64,000 bases of DNA from Planctomycetaceae bacterium UBA7805 (GCA_002480485.1 DLCF01000033.1:35990-99989); one strand, 5' to 3'. Shown: positions 10,213 through 20,390, numbered from the stretch's first letter. Numbers and translations are program-made. Notes: generated by a model not told the origin, from the sequence alone.

Positions 10213-11367
10213 TTGTTTAACAATCAGCAACTGTTCATTTTCACCGATTGGTTCGCCCCCGGTCATCGCGCCGGAGGCCCAATAACTTCGTGCGTTAATC
10301 TTGCATATGCGATGCGCGATCATTTTTCCGTCAGTGTCGTCACATCGGATCGGGATCTCGGTGCCAAACAATCTTACCCGTCTGTAACTACCGACACCTG
10401 GCATTCATTTGATCGAGGAATTCGCGTGAGATACTGCAAGCCAGGGATATCTCGCGTCAAGCAGGTATGCAAAATTTTGGATGACGCAGCAGATGCGACT
10501 GTTTTTCTCAACAGCATGTTCTCCCCATCATTTACCTTGCTCCCTCTTTGGTTATTGAGCCAAGACATCAATCAAAATCGAGTTGTCCTTGCGACTCGGG
10601 GAATGCTCAAACCTTCGGCGCTAAAAAATAAACGATGGAAAAAAGTTCCCTTTTTGCGATTGATGCAAAGGTGGCAATTCCTAAAAGAACTTGCATTCCA
10701 TGCCACAGATGAAAAGGAGCGCGAGGATATTTTTCGAGTATTCGGCAAAGAATCTCGCGTTGCTATTGTGCCAAACTGTACGCCTAAACCGCAAACGCTG
10801 AAGAAGCCTGTATCGAAAGACCCTGGAACCTTAAAAGTCATTTCCGTGAGTCGCATCCATCCCATCAAGAACACCCTTTTTTTGATTGATGCGATCGCCG
10901 ACGTGCGTCAAAGCATCGTGCTCGATCTCTATGGCCCGATTGAAGACTCCGCTTACTGGAGCGTCTGCCAGCGGCGAATTCACACACTACCGAGTCACGT
11001 GCAAGTGAATTACCGCGGTGAACTCGCCTCTTGCGACGTGCGGTCGCACATCGAGCGTTATCATCTTTTCGGATTGGCGACAAAAGGTGAAAATTTCGGC
11101 CACGCGATCTATGAATCGCTGTCGACGGGAACCCCCGTGCTCATCAGCGATCAAACCCCATGGCGTGATTTAGAGCAGCAGCGTGCGGGTTGGGATCTCC
11201 CGCTCGACACCACGCAGTCTTTTACCGAGGCACTAGAGACAGTGGCGCAATTTGTTCAGTCCGAATACGACGAGTGGTCCGTCGGCGCACATACCTTGGC
11301 TAAACATTTTTGTGGATCCCAAGATACAACCGAACTTTATAAAGAACTGTTTTCCAAGGCGGCGTAG
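10213..11367 (+). CDS. Glycosyltransferase family 4 (GT-B)
   Basis: LFGLATKGENFGHAIYESLSTGTPVLISDQTPWRDL; N-terminal LFIFTDWFAPGHRAGGP. TTG start; there is no in-frame ATG nearby. Confidence 0.75.
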   Translation: MFNNQQLFIFTDWFAPGHRAGGPITSCVNLAYAMRDHFSVSVVTSDRDLGAKQSYPSVTTDTWHSFDRGIRVRYCKPGISRVKQVCKILDDAADATVFLNSMFSPSFTLLPLWLLSQDINQNRVVLATRGMLKPSALKNKRWKKVPFLRLMQRWQFLKELAFHATDEKEREDIFRVFGKESRVAIVPNCTPKPQTLKKPVSKDPGTLKVISVSRIHPIKNTLFLIDAIADVRQSIVLDLYGPIEDSAYWSVCQRRIHTLPSHVQVNYRGELASCDVRSHIERYHLFGLATKGENFGHAIYESLSTGTPVLISDQTPWRDLEQQRAGWDLPLDTTQSFTEALETVAQFVQSEYDEWSVGAHTLAKHFCGSQDTTELYKELFSKAA

Positions 11368-11373
11368 GGCCAT

Positions 11374-12705
11374 ATGCACCGCTACGACCCGCAAGCAAGG
11401 ATCTCCATTGCATTGAAAATTACCATTGTCAATCAGTTCTATCCTCCGGATATAAGCCCCACCGCCAGGCTTGCAGCATCGCTGGCTGAGCACCGGGCGG
11501 CTCTAGACGATCGTGTCACCGTCATTGGCGGACAGGGGTACCTTGGTTCAGGGCAGTCTCACGCACGCATTTGCCCCAAGCAAAATGTCGACGAACAAAA
11601 GGTATCGTGGCGGTCCGAGACCGAATCCGACTCAAATATCCACGTTCACCGACTTTGGACACCCAAATCGGGCAAGCGCACTCTGGTGCATCGTTGCCTG
11701 GACTACTTCGCCTTTTATTTTTTAGCTTGCCTCACCATCGCACGCTTACCCAAACAAGATGTCGTCGTATGCATGACCACACCGCCTTTGATCGCCGGTG
11801 CGGGTATCCTACATAAGTTGATTCATCGGACTACGCGGGTGATCCTGTGGAACATGGACTGCTATCCCGAGGTTGCCGAGCGGTCAGGCATCATTCGTAG
11901 CGGTGGACTGATAGATCGATTGTGGAAATGGATGAACCTAGTCATCGGTTCGCAACTTGACCACGTGGTGTGTCTTGATGATGCCATGCAGCAAATCATC
12001 AACGCGCGGCCTCGTGCAGATCAAATCCCAAAAAGCGTCATTCCAAATTGGGAACCGTTAGCCGAGTTTCCACTACGCGAAGTCAAGCATATAGAGAAGC
12101 AGGTGCAGCCACCGTTCACGATTTTGTATTCAGGTAATATGGGGCACGGGCATTGCTTTACGGCGATGTTGTCCGCAGCGCGATTGTTGCTGGAAAAAGA
12201 GAGCTCTATCCGATTTGTGATGACCGGTGGTGGTATCCAGTCTTCCAAAATTCAACAGAGAATAAAAGATGAGCGACTGACAAACATTACCTTCATGGGT
12301 TACGTTAGCACTCGGGAACTGCGCGATATTCAGTCCCAGTCCCATTGCGCCCTCATCACTCTAAAGGACAGCATGCTTGGCTGCATGAGCCCAAGTAAAC
12401 TTCATGCCAGTTTGGCGATGGGGCTTCCAATTGTCTATCTCGGACCCGCTGGAAGTAGCGTTGATGAAACGATCTCACATTTTGGATGCGGGGTCAGCCT
12501 TCGAAATGGCGATGTCAATGGATTTGTTTCGGCTATGGAGACTCTTGCTAAGTCACCACATCTTCAGCAGCGGTATTCCGACGCTGCCCGACGATCTTTT
12601 GAGAGCAACTATTGTGATCAAAAAAATCTGAAATCGTTTGACGCGGTTATTAATGCCACCGCAGTAATTTCAGATCGCCTTGAGATCTCACGAGATGCTG
12701 CCTAA
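11374..12705 (+). CDS. Glycosyltransferase family 4, WbuB-like
   Basis: N-terminal KITIVNQFYPPDISPTARLAASLAEH is typical of WbuB/colanic-acid-type GT4 enzymes. C-terminal SPSKLHASLAMGLPIVYLGPAGSSVDE. Confidence 0.75.
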   Translation: MHRYDPQARISIALKITIVNQFYPPDISPTARLAASLAEHRAALDDRVTVIGGQGYLGSGQSHARICPKQNVDEQKVSWRSETESDSNIHVHRLWTPKSGKRTLVHRCLDYFAFYFLACLTIARLPKQDVVVCMTTPPLIAGAGILHKLIHRTTRVILWNMDCYPEVAERSGIIRSGGLIDRLWKWMNLVIGSQLDHVVCLDDAMQQIINARPRADQIPKSVIPNWEPLAEFPLREVKHIEKQVQPPFTILYSGNMGHGHCFTAMLSAARLLLEKESSIRFVMTGGGIQSSKIQQRIKDERLTNITFMGYVSTRELRDIQSQSHCALITLKDSMLGCMSPSKLHASLAMGLPIVYLGPAGSSVDETISHFGCGVSLRNGDVNGFVSAMETLAKSPHLQQRYSDAARRSFESNYCDQKNLKSFDAVINATAVISDRLEISRDAA

Positions 12706-12752
12706 ATTTACACTCGCATGAATCGAATAGTTTGCTATTTGAATCTAACGCC

Positions 12753-14090
12753 ATGACACCAACCGATATTCGGAAAAAAACAACTCCAAACTCAGCGCCT
12801 CCAGGTGGCGAGATTGCGGTTTTGGGTCCACTGCGAGGAATTGCAGCCTTAGCCGTCATGTGGTTCCACTTCACAAGGCCAAGTGATTTGCTGCCTAGTG
12901 GCACGAGTCGTTTCAATGATCTTCTTATCGCAAGTGGTGGTTGGGGCTGGATGGGAGTAGAAATTTTCTTTGCTATATCCGGGTTTATCTTGCCTTATTC
13001 AATGTATAGAGGCCGCTATCGAATTAAATATTTCCTTACCTTCATTATCAAACGAGTCGTAAGAATCGACCCTCCCTATTTTGCAAGTATTGCTTTAGTT
13101 CTTGCGTTGTGGTGGCTCGCAACACATGTGCCCGGATTCCAAGGCCGAAATTTTCAAATTGACTATTCCGGTCTGTTCGCCCATGTTGGATACCTTAATG
13201 ATATCCTAGGGTATTCCTGGGCAAATCCTGTTTACTGGACCCTTGCTCTGGAATTTCAGTTCTATCTGTTGATTGCTATTCTCTTTCCACTGGCTGTACA
13301 TAGGCGTCGATCAATTTGCTGGCTGTTCGGCCCAATGCTGGGATTAGTTCAACTTTGCCTCCCAGGAACTAACACAATTTTCTCATGGCTTGGATATTTT
13401 GGTTTAGGGGTAATTACATTCCAGGCCTATTCGCGAATTATTCCAAAATGGTTTTTTTGGGTTTCTCTCTTCGCGTTAGGAGCAATCGTTTCTGAAAATG
13501 GTGGTATTGCCGCAGCGACGCTTGCGATTGGAACATGTATAACCATTTTGTTTGCTAGCCACAGTTTTGCTCAGTTGTGGAATCGACCTCATCGCATTCT
13601 CAGTTGGATCGGGGCGATTTCCTACTCACTTTATCTCCTTCACTGTCCCATAGGAGGAAAAATTATCAATTTGGGTGGTAGGTTAAGCCCATCTCCCTGG
13701 ATCGCCTGTTTATTTCTCGCGATTGGCGTGGCAGTTTCCTTACTTTCGGCCTGGATCTTTTATGTGGGTATTGAACGACCAGCCAAAAGGGTAGCGTCCT
13801 CTATTCGCTATCGAAGCAACAAAGTGGAACTAAACAACATTAAAATAGATGAATCACCTGAATTAATCGCAGCATTAAAATCGCAGTCGCCCATTTATTT
13901 ATGTTCGGACGATGCGGATCAGCAAGAACTGCTGCTGAACCTGATTGTCGCTTCGAAAAGTCTTGAATCTCACGCAACTCATTCGAGAATTTCGCAAATT
14001 GCTTTCTGCAATTTCACCGAAGCGGCTACATTACGCGACAATGATGCAACCGTACTCGACCTCAGGCCACTGATTCGTCGAGCTGCCTGA
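12753..14090 (+). CDS. Acyltransferase family 3 (polysaccharide O-acyl/acetyltransferase), membrane protein
   Basis: LGPLRGIAALAVMWFHF...GVEIFFAISGFIL...WTLALEFQFYL...ISYSLYLLH is a classic Acyl_transf_3 motif series. About 90 aa of extra soluble C-terminal tail follows. Confidence 0.75.
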   Translation: MTPTDIRKKTTPNSAPPGGEIAVLGPLRGIAALAVMWFHFTRPSDLLPSGTSRFNDLLIASGGWGWMGVEIFFAISGFILPYSMYRGRYRIKYFLTFIIKRVVRIDPPYFASIALVLALWWLATHVPGFQGRNFQIDYSGLFAHVGYLNDILGYSWANPVYWTLALEFQFYLLIAILFPLAVHRRRSICWLFGPMLGLVQLCLPGTNTIFSWLGYFGLGVITFQAYSRIIPKWFFWVSLFALGAIVSENGGIAAATLAIGTCITILFASHSFAQLWNRPHRILSWIGAISYSLYLLHCPIGGKIINLGGRLSPSPWIACLFLAIGVAVSLLSAWIFYVGIERPAKRVASSIRYRSNKVELNNIKIDESPELIAALKSQSPIYLCSDDADQQELLLNLIVASKSLESHATHSRISQIAFCNFTEAATLRDNDATVLDLRPLIRRAA

Positions 14091-14138
14091 GGGTGGCCGG
14101 TGGTGAAGTGGGACGAAGTGAGCTACCGATTGGCATAA

Positions 14139-15053
14139 TTAACAGGATTCGGATACCGTCTTTCCAAGAAGCATGCGGCCCTGCGCTACTTGCGTGATCG
14201 CGAGAAGGAAAGCGATAATTTCCCGAATCCCCATAAGCGGCAACAGCCAAGGGCGACGAATAGCAAACCTTCCGCAACGCGGTCGAAAGAGGCGATAGAT
14301 AAAGTTGTACAACGCTTTTCCGACACCCACATTTTTAAGTGTGAAGTAGTGCTCCCCTACAGATCCACTGCAAGACAGTGGATCAAAGGCCGCATGTCGG
14401 GAATCACATCCTCCTGACCAAGCTGCTAGGTGAACGACAGATGCCTGAGGTGTGTATTTTGCCAAACAATGGTATTTTGCGCAAAAGCGGAAAAGAAAAT
14501 CACTGTCCTCTCGATATGCGACGCGATAAAATCTTTGATCAAATCCGCCCACTTCGAGAGCTAATTCTCGCATGACACTGAAATTTCCCCCGCCCATATT
14601 CTTGATCCAGGCACTTCGATTGTGACTCAAGGGGAAACCTAACTCAAAATCATCGATTTCGCCGGAATGGATAGGACGGTCTGCTGCGATAATTTGCCCA
14701 GCAACAAGCTTTACATTTTTGTCACAATAACTCTTCTGGTGTGCAAGAATGAAATCTTCAGATAAGATCACATCGTCATCCAGAAAAACTACGACATCCG
14801 ATTTTGCCTCGAGCAACGCTCTATTTCGGGCTGCCGAAAGATTGGCAAACTCCTGCTTGATCCAACAAATAGATCCATCGGCATGCCAACTCGAGAGTTG
14901 GCGATCGACATCTGGCTCGTGCTCTGGTGTTTGATCCACCACCAGGATTTCATCCGCAGGTCGTCCTTGGGCCATGACATGCTGGATGGTGTTGATCAGA
15001 ACCTGTTCGCGGTTATAGGTCGGAATGGCAACGGTAATCGTTAAGGAGTGCAC
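14139..15053 (-). CDS. Glycosyltransferase family 2
   Basis: ITVAIPTYNREQVLINTIQHVMAQ...EILVVDQ...VVFLDDDV (GT-A, DXD motif). GTG start. It is the last gene of the minus-strand arm and converges on 12753-14090. Confidence 0.8.
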   Translation of the reverse strand: MHSLTITVAIPTYNREQVLINTIQHVMAQGRPADEILVVDQTPEHEPDVDRQLSSWHADGSICWIKQEFANLSAARNRALLEAKSDVVVFLDDDVILSEDFILAHQKSYCDKNVKLVAGQIIAADRPIHSGEIDDFELGFPLSHNRSAWIKNMGGGNFSVMRELALEVGGFDQRFYRVAYREDSDFLFRFCAKYHCLAKYTPQASVVHLAAWSGGCDSRHAAFDPLSCSGSVGEHYFTLKNVGVGKALYNFIYRLFRPRCGRFAIRRPWLLPLMGIREIIAFLLAITQVAQGRMLLGKTVSESC

Positions 15054-15296
15054 AGATTTCTTTCACAAGAGCTAGTTAAGAAAAACTATAACATGGCCTT
15101 AAAAATGGTCGGCAGCATCAATACAGAGCGATGCGGAGGCTACCGAAGAGACTTCCAACGGTCAAGGCATGGCGTTCACATCTGCCGACTATGTGTGCTA
15201 GCACTGCATTCATTAACGGTCATTCGACGATTGATACCTCGACAAAGGTCGGTACATTTTCAAGACACGCTCCACTTTAAGATAACGCGTTTTAGT

Positions 15297-16418
15297 AAAC
15301 CGATTTTGGTAATCGGCACGCGATCTAAGGCGATTAAAAAGTGTTCTGTCGTTTACGAGTGCATTGCAGCCCCCGAAATCAGCCTTATAGGCTGTCCCAC
15401 AGGGCAGCGTCGTGCACTTCTCAGCCAAGCAGCAAAGTATTTTGAAATGACTCTAGACATCAACCTTGATGCAATGCGGCAACGCCATTCGTTTGCGGAG
15501 ATCGTTTCGTGACGTTTGCGATAGTATTAATCGAGCGATCGTGAAACAGAGGTGCGATAACACATCGCATAGGCCGACACGAAGAAAACCTTGACAGCAC
15601 CGCTAGTATCCCTCTCTCGTCACGTTCGGTTGATGCATATTGAGGCGGGTCTGCGTACCGGAAATCGTCACGCACCTTGGCCCGCAGAATGCCATCGGCG
15701 TTTTATCAAGAGTGCAGCGAACCTGCACTGAGCGCCTACCTTTGACGCGACCAGAGTATTTTGCCGGAGAGAGTAAAGGTAGACCATACTCACGTCATCG
15801 GTAAAACCGTACATGATTGCACTCTCTGGAGACGAAACCGTGGAACTTTAGCGACTGCTCCGTGATAAGACCATTTCGGTGGCTTGCAAATTGAAAAATG
15901 GTCCTAATCACCACACGTCGCAAAGAATACTATTGACCGATTTTTAAACAGATTCTTGCAGCCAATTTGGTGCTCGCAAATTTTTTCCCCAAGATGCATC
16001 TCCCATATCCGCCTCATATCAATTCAATCCACACATTTACCAACCAGCCACTGATTACCTCTCTGCATTTTCGTACGCTCATGCCACTCCATCAGCAACC
16101 TAACCGGAATTTGTCAGGTTGATAGAGCGGTCAACACGAATACTGGCTGACCCAGGTGGCGTCTACCCGGAAAACACTCGTTGTCGTATTACGCGACTCA
16201 ACGGACCGACAACACGTTGACGCAAATGGGCCTGTCGCCCTCGCTGGCACTCGCAGCAAAATTATTTTGAATCCCCATCAAGACAATTGACCGGCAAAAA
16301 ATCTGACGCCGGTTGCAAAAAACCAGAGAACCCATACAGCGGCATGAGCATTTGCGAGCGAATTGTCCGTTTACTTTGTGGCAAAACGGTTGGGCAGTGC
16401 CATCTAGTCGCTGCCTGA
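15297..16418 (+). pseudogene. Decayed UDP-GlcNAc 2-epimerase (wecB) paralogue
   Basis: A hand translation in a single frame is colinear with WecB over about 374 codons. Matching blocks: KPILVIGTRSKAIK; CPTGQRRALLSQAAKYFEMTLDINLDAMRQRHSFAEI; *ADTKKTLTAP; HIEAGLRTGN..APWP; H*APT; FNPHIYQP; RILADPGGVYPEN; ENPYSGMSICERIVRLL. There are 12 internal in-frame stops (15510, 15522, 15528, 15558, 15570, 15729, 15774, 15780, 15849, 15945, 16101, 16218). Confidence 0.75.
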
Positions 16419-16517
16419 ACATGATTAATTCGATTAGCAGGGAAACTAGATTTTCATATCACAGCATCCGAATCTGATGGATTGCGAACACCACAGCCAA
16501 ATGCCAGAAACAAGGTG

Positions 16518-17432
16518 TCAGTAGACCCGCATTATTTTGCATGCAGCTTCCTTCATTCTGAGGGCAACAATCATGAGAGTGTCACGGAAAACGGCAATTG
16601 GTGATGTCTTGCATGCACTTACAAAATGCAGGATCCCCGACCAGGTTTCCCCCATGATGCAGGATCTACGTGACATCGCGTACTCACATCGTGCGCGTGT
16701 AGCAGGTCCTAGGTGTTGCATCGATGGAAGATTTTTCTCTAACACGTTTCGTGACGCTGCTTGAACCAAGCGCCGGTGCTTACGCGTCAGGGAACTTTGG
16801 TGATCGCGGTAGGAGTAAAGATTTTCGCGGAAATGATAAAAGCAAAATCCTGCAATGTATGCTCGAAGCCAAAAGTCCCAATCTTCGGCACAATGCAAGG
16901 ATTCTTCATAGCCAGATAACGCATCGTGCACAGCACAACGATACATAAAACAGGCGCCGATACCATTACGAACAGGTAATTCTCGCGGTGAAAGACACTG
17001 AATTGAACGTATTCGTTGGCCCGCAGCGTCGATCATTTTAAAGTCGGCATAAACAATATCAATCTCATCACGGTCATTAAGAACGCCAATTAATTTTTGG
17101 AAAGCATTTTGGTTGTAAACGTTGTCATCAGAACTCCACGTCAAATACTCGCCCCTCGACTCTGAGAACCCTGTATTCAGGGCGGTGGGAAGATTTCGAT
17201 TCTCTGCGTGCGTGACCTGTCGAATTCTCGAATCCCGGGCAACAAATTCTTGGATAATTTCCGGAGTGCTGTCGGTTGATCCGTCGTCGATGATGATAAG
17301 TTCCCAACTTGAGAATGACTGCCGAACAATACTCGTGATTGACTCCACGAGGTAGGCAGCACCATTATACGTGGGTAGGACTACAGAGATTTTTGGGCGA
17401 TCGCTCACAGTGCCTCTTCCACCATTCTGCAT
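16518..17432 (-). CDS. Glycosyltransferase family 2
   Basis: ISVVLPTYNGAAYLVESITSIVRQSFSSWELIIIDDGSTDSTPEII...WSSDDN (GT-A with DXD). Confidence 0.85.
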   Translation of the reverse strand: MQNGGRGTVSDRPKISVVLPTYNGAAYLVESITSIVRQSFSSWELIIIDDGSTDSTPEIIQEFVARDSRIRQVTHAENRNLPTALNTGFSESRGEYLTWSSDDNVYNQNAFQKLIGVLNDRDEIDIVYADFKMIDAAGQRIRSIQCLSPRELPVRNGIGACFMYRCAVHDALSGYEESLHCAEDWDFWLRAYIAGFCFYHFRENLYSYRDHQSSLTRKHRRLVQAASRNVLEKNLPSMQHLGPATRARCEYAMSRRSCIMGETWSGILHFVSACKTSPIAVFRDTLMIVALRMKEAACKIMRVY

Positions 17433-18348
17433 CGAGAAAATATTTTACGGCCCACGAAGGTTCAAAACGTGGGAAATATGCTGCACCTCGACCACTACTT
17501 CCTAAGAATCCACCAGAATAACGTTGCTGAGTTTTTAAGAAATCTAATGCCCGGTCGGCCTCTGCGTGACGGCCCACTTTATACCAACAGACTGCCAACT
17601 GAGCGATGCCAGGGTTACAGAACCAAGAGACTCCATTACGTGCAGGAATGGATCCCGTAGGTGACTGCACACCTGCAAGGTAATGTAATATTTCGTTAAC
17701 TTTTTGCGGATGGCCTAGGTCAATGAGCGCTTCGATTTCGTAGGCCAAAAAATGTGTCAAGCTCGCGGTAGAGAGAAGTTTTTCGTGCACGATATAGCTT
17801 TGGAAACATGCATCGGCAGCACATGCGTATTTTTCGCTACCTGTGCGATTCGAAAGGTCTCGGAGAGGAGGCAATACGTAGAGCTGGATGGTTTCTGAAA
17901 TCCCATGAGGCTCACATTGAATCGAAAAGCCATTCGCGTTTTGCTGCACTTGCGAGAGCAAATAATTGCCGGCCGCAATCATGTTCGGAAGCAACTGTGG
18001 GTGCTCCGGGTGAAGTGCCAGCAAACCGCGGAGTGCCTGCCCGGTATCAAAAACATGCGGAATTCCCTGATCAGGATCAGAAAAACTTCCATCCGGATTT
18101 TGAATTCGAGCGAGCCATTTGCCGCACCGATCGGCAAGTGCATCCTCGCCCCAGTCCAATAGCGTAGGGATTAAATAACCGGTGACCTCCGGGTATGCGC
18201 GGCGATGCCTGTGGTGAACGCGAATACCCCCGTCGGGGAGTTCATGGCTTTTGAGCCATGCAAGGGCTTGATCCACAGGCGAATCAACTTCTTGATCGCG
18301 AAAAAAAATCCTCTTTACGTGCTGCGGGACCCAATCCAAAAGCCTCAC
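17365..18348 (-). CDS. Prenyltransferase / squalene-cyclase-repeat (alpha/alpha toroid) protein
   Basis: Four spaced Q/x-x-x-DG-type repeats: HELPDGGIRV, IQNPDGSFSD, VQSPTGSIPA, QQRYSGGFLG. GTG start. The 3' end overlaps the downstream GT2 start by 68 nt. Confidence 0.55.
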   Translation of the reverse strand: MRLLDWVPQHVKRIFFRDQEVDSPVDQALAWLKSHELPDGGIRVHHRHRRAYPEVTGYLIPTLLDWGEDALADRCGKWLARIQNPDGSFSDPDQGIPHVFDTGQALRGLLALHPEHPQLLPNMIAAGNYLLSQVQQNANGFSIQCEPHGISETIQLYVLPPLRDLSNRTGSEKYACAADACFQSYIVHEKLLSTASLTHFLAYEIEALIDLGHPQKVNEILHYLAGVQSPTGSIPARNGVSWFCNPGIAQLAVCWYKVGRHAEADRALDFLKTQQRYSGGFLGSSGRGAAYFPRFEPSWAVKYFLDAEWWKRHCERSPKNLCSPTHV

Positions 18349-18370
18349 CCTCCCCTACTTGAAACGGTAA

Positions 18371-19546
18371 TTACGCTGCATTTTTTTGTTCTGATTTAAA
18401 AAGCCCCAATACGTGTTTTGCTCCAGATCGAATTGCATGATAGGCAAATTGCTCCGCATTCCATCGCTGCTGCATCCATGTCGACGGCGGACCTCCCAAG
18501 TGACGATGCATCACTTGCTGATAAATTTGCACCTCCATCGCATCGACTTCAGATAGCTCAAAGGGTAGCGCCGCTGCTTGAGCGCCGGTTCGAATGCGGG
18601 CAGCAAAAGCAGCGTCATCAACGGTGCGGTGGATTGACTCGGCAAGGCACCTCGGGTCTTCATATTCCTCCACCAAAAATGCGCTCTCTCCGTGCCGGAG
18701 GTATTCGGTCATCGGAGGAATTCGGGAAGTCACGATGGGTGCCCCACACGCAGCCGCTTCGATAAATACGATACCGAACCCTTCCCAACGGCTCGGCACA
18801 CAAAAGCAATCACATGCACTGTACCAGTACGGCAAATCCCTATTTTGAATATGATCCAGCCAGTAACAACGATCTGCGACTCCCTCTGATCTTGCCAATG
18901 CTTGATAAGACTGAACATCACCGTTTCCAATGAAAACACACCGATACTCTTTTGGAAGATGGCTCAGCGAGCAGATTAGGGTATCCAGATTTTTCTCTTC
19001 ATGCTTGCGACCCACATGAAGGATTAACTTTCCTGGATGTATTTTTCTAATTCTGTGACACTCCGGAGTATGTCTTAGAGGCTGAAATCGATTGAGATCA
19101 ACTCGATTTGGAAGGATCACTGCTTTCTCTGGACCAACACCCTTCAGCCTGACTGCTTGACTGACTGCTTGAGACATGCACAGCACAGCGTCCGCCAAAG
19201 TGACGGACCGATGAATACGATGTGCTAGGCGGTCGTGGACACTCACGACTACAGGTACGTTTGGTAAACGATTGCGAGCTACCAGATCCGCAGGCCAATA
19301 TCCCCCGTATGCTCGTACAACATCGGGCGCGATTTCTCGGAGGGCGGATCGAAAATATCGCTCTGAAACTCGCCGAATCGACATCCCGTGCGCTTGCCGA
19401 TTCTTTTTTTCTCGTGGACTTAGCGCAATGACCTCACCGAAATAGCCCGAAGGATTGTAATAGCGCTGCAGCCAATCGTACCCTGCCTTTTCATAGGCAG
19501 AAATTGGGTCCGATGGTACCACAACCAATCTCGGTTTTGGAGACAT
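18371..19546 (-). CDS. Glycosyltransferase family 4 (GT-B)
   Basis: CVPSRWEGFGIVFIEAAACGAPIVTSRIPPMTEYL. ATG 19546 (MSPKPRLVVVPSD...) lies 16 nt downstream of the upstream gene's stop. The track's longer ORF would overlap that gene. Confidence 0.8.
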   Translation of the reverse strand: MSPKPRLVVVPSDPISAYEKAGYDWLQRYYNPSGYFGEVIALSPREKKNRQAHGMSIRRVSERYFRSALREIAPDVVRAYGGYWPADLVARNRLPNVPVVVSVHDRLAHRIHRSVTLADAVLCMSQAVSQAVRLKGVGPEKAVILPNRVDLNRFQPLRHTPECHRIRKIHPGKLILHVGRKHEEKNLDTLICSLSHLPKEYRCVFIGNGDVQSYQALARSEGVADRCYWLDHIQNRDLPYWYSACDCFCVPSRWEGFGIVFIEAAACGAPIVTSRIPPMTEYLRHGESAFLVEEYEDPRCLAESIHRTVDDAAFAARIRTGAQAAALPFELSEVDAMEVQIYQQVMHRHLGGPPSTWMQQRWNAEQFAYHAIRSGAKHVLGLFKSEQKNAA

Positions 19547-19562
19547 AGGGCTTATCGTTCTC

Positions 19563-20390
19563 TTAACCGTTGGGCTGATTGCTTGATATGGGAGGAGGCA
19601 AGACTGCATCTATTTTTCGACAAACATTAATTCGCCGAAACGCGATAGCGTTTAGTAGCGGCGCCGAACTTATCCATTCGTCAAGCATTTTTCCACCTAA
19701 TGCAAGACTCATCAACTTTTTCCAAATTGGATGTAGTAGTGGACGCAGCCATGCTGGCTTATTTCCCCAGAGTGGCAATATCTGAAACGACCGGGACGAA
19801 AGCAATTGGAAATTAGTATGCTTCAGCATTGCTCGAATATCTTTACGCGAGCGATGGTACCCATCGGCAATTTCCTCATACGCTTTGACAACGTGTGTAT
19901 TAAGAGATGCCTGGAGACCAAAATCAAGAATCGCGATGCCACCGGGTATCAGCACCCGGCTGCACTCAGCCAAAACGTCTTCAACATGGGGAATCGCATA
20001 AAGCGACGAGTAGCAATAAGCTAAATGGACGCTGCCTGAGGGTAATGGAATATGACGGGCATTGGCTTGTACACACTGCACGCGGACCTTATTCTCCGCA
20101 TCTAGCCCCCTGTTGGCCAGTGCTAGCATCTCCCTCGAAAAGTCTACGCCGATCAATCGATCTGCAAAAATCGATGCTCGCTTAAGGAAATATCCATCCC
20201 CGCAACACAAATCGAGGATCGTCCCTCCCGTATAGTTCTCCCGCACCATACTTAATTTGATCTGACGCATTTTTGAAAAGTAGTCTTTTGACGCCTCGGG
20301 CTCAACGGGAAGACTCGGATAATAGTTGCGAAATTTTTGCAACTGCATTTGCTCTGCTTCAAAGACATGGGGGTCAGCGACTGACGGCAT
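19563..20390 (-). CDS. Class I SAM-dependent methyltransferase
   Basis: Motif I ILDLCCGDGYF, then LIGVDFS and LIPGGIAILDF. Confidence 0.75.
   Translation of the reverse strand: MPSVADPHVFEAEQMQLQKFRNYYPSLPVEPEASKDYFSKMRQIKLSMVRENYTGGTILDLCCGDGYFLKRASIFADRLIGVDFSREMLALANRGLDAENKVRVQCVQANARHIPLPSGSVHLAYCYSSLYAIPHVEDVLAECSRVLIPGGIAILDFGLQASLNTHVVKAYEEIADGYHRSRKDIRAMLKHTNFQLLSSRSFQILPLWGNKPAWLRPLLHPIWKKLMSLALGGKMLDEWISSAPLLNAIAFRRINVCRKIDAVLPPPISSNQPNG

Noticed and set aside
15048-15512. A 154-aa plus-strand ORF that could be called a hypothetical gene.
   Set aside because: Its C-terminal half is the N-terminal fragment of the decayed wecB paralogue (KPILVIGTRSKAIK…DAMRQRHSFAEI). Its first ~80 codons have no coding features and overlap the GT2 start region. 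I treat it as part of the pseudogene, not an intact CDS.
17365-18348. The idea that the toroid-repeat protein is a glucuronyl C5-epimerase, which together with the sulfotransferases would imply a heparan-like glycosaminoglycan pathway.
   Set aside because: The idea is attractive, but the repeats I can see match the prenyltransferase/terpene-cyclase Q-x-x-DG pattern. I recognise no epimerase-specific motif, so this stays an untested speculation and not a claim.
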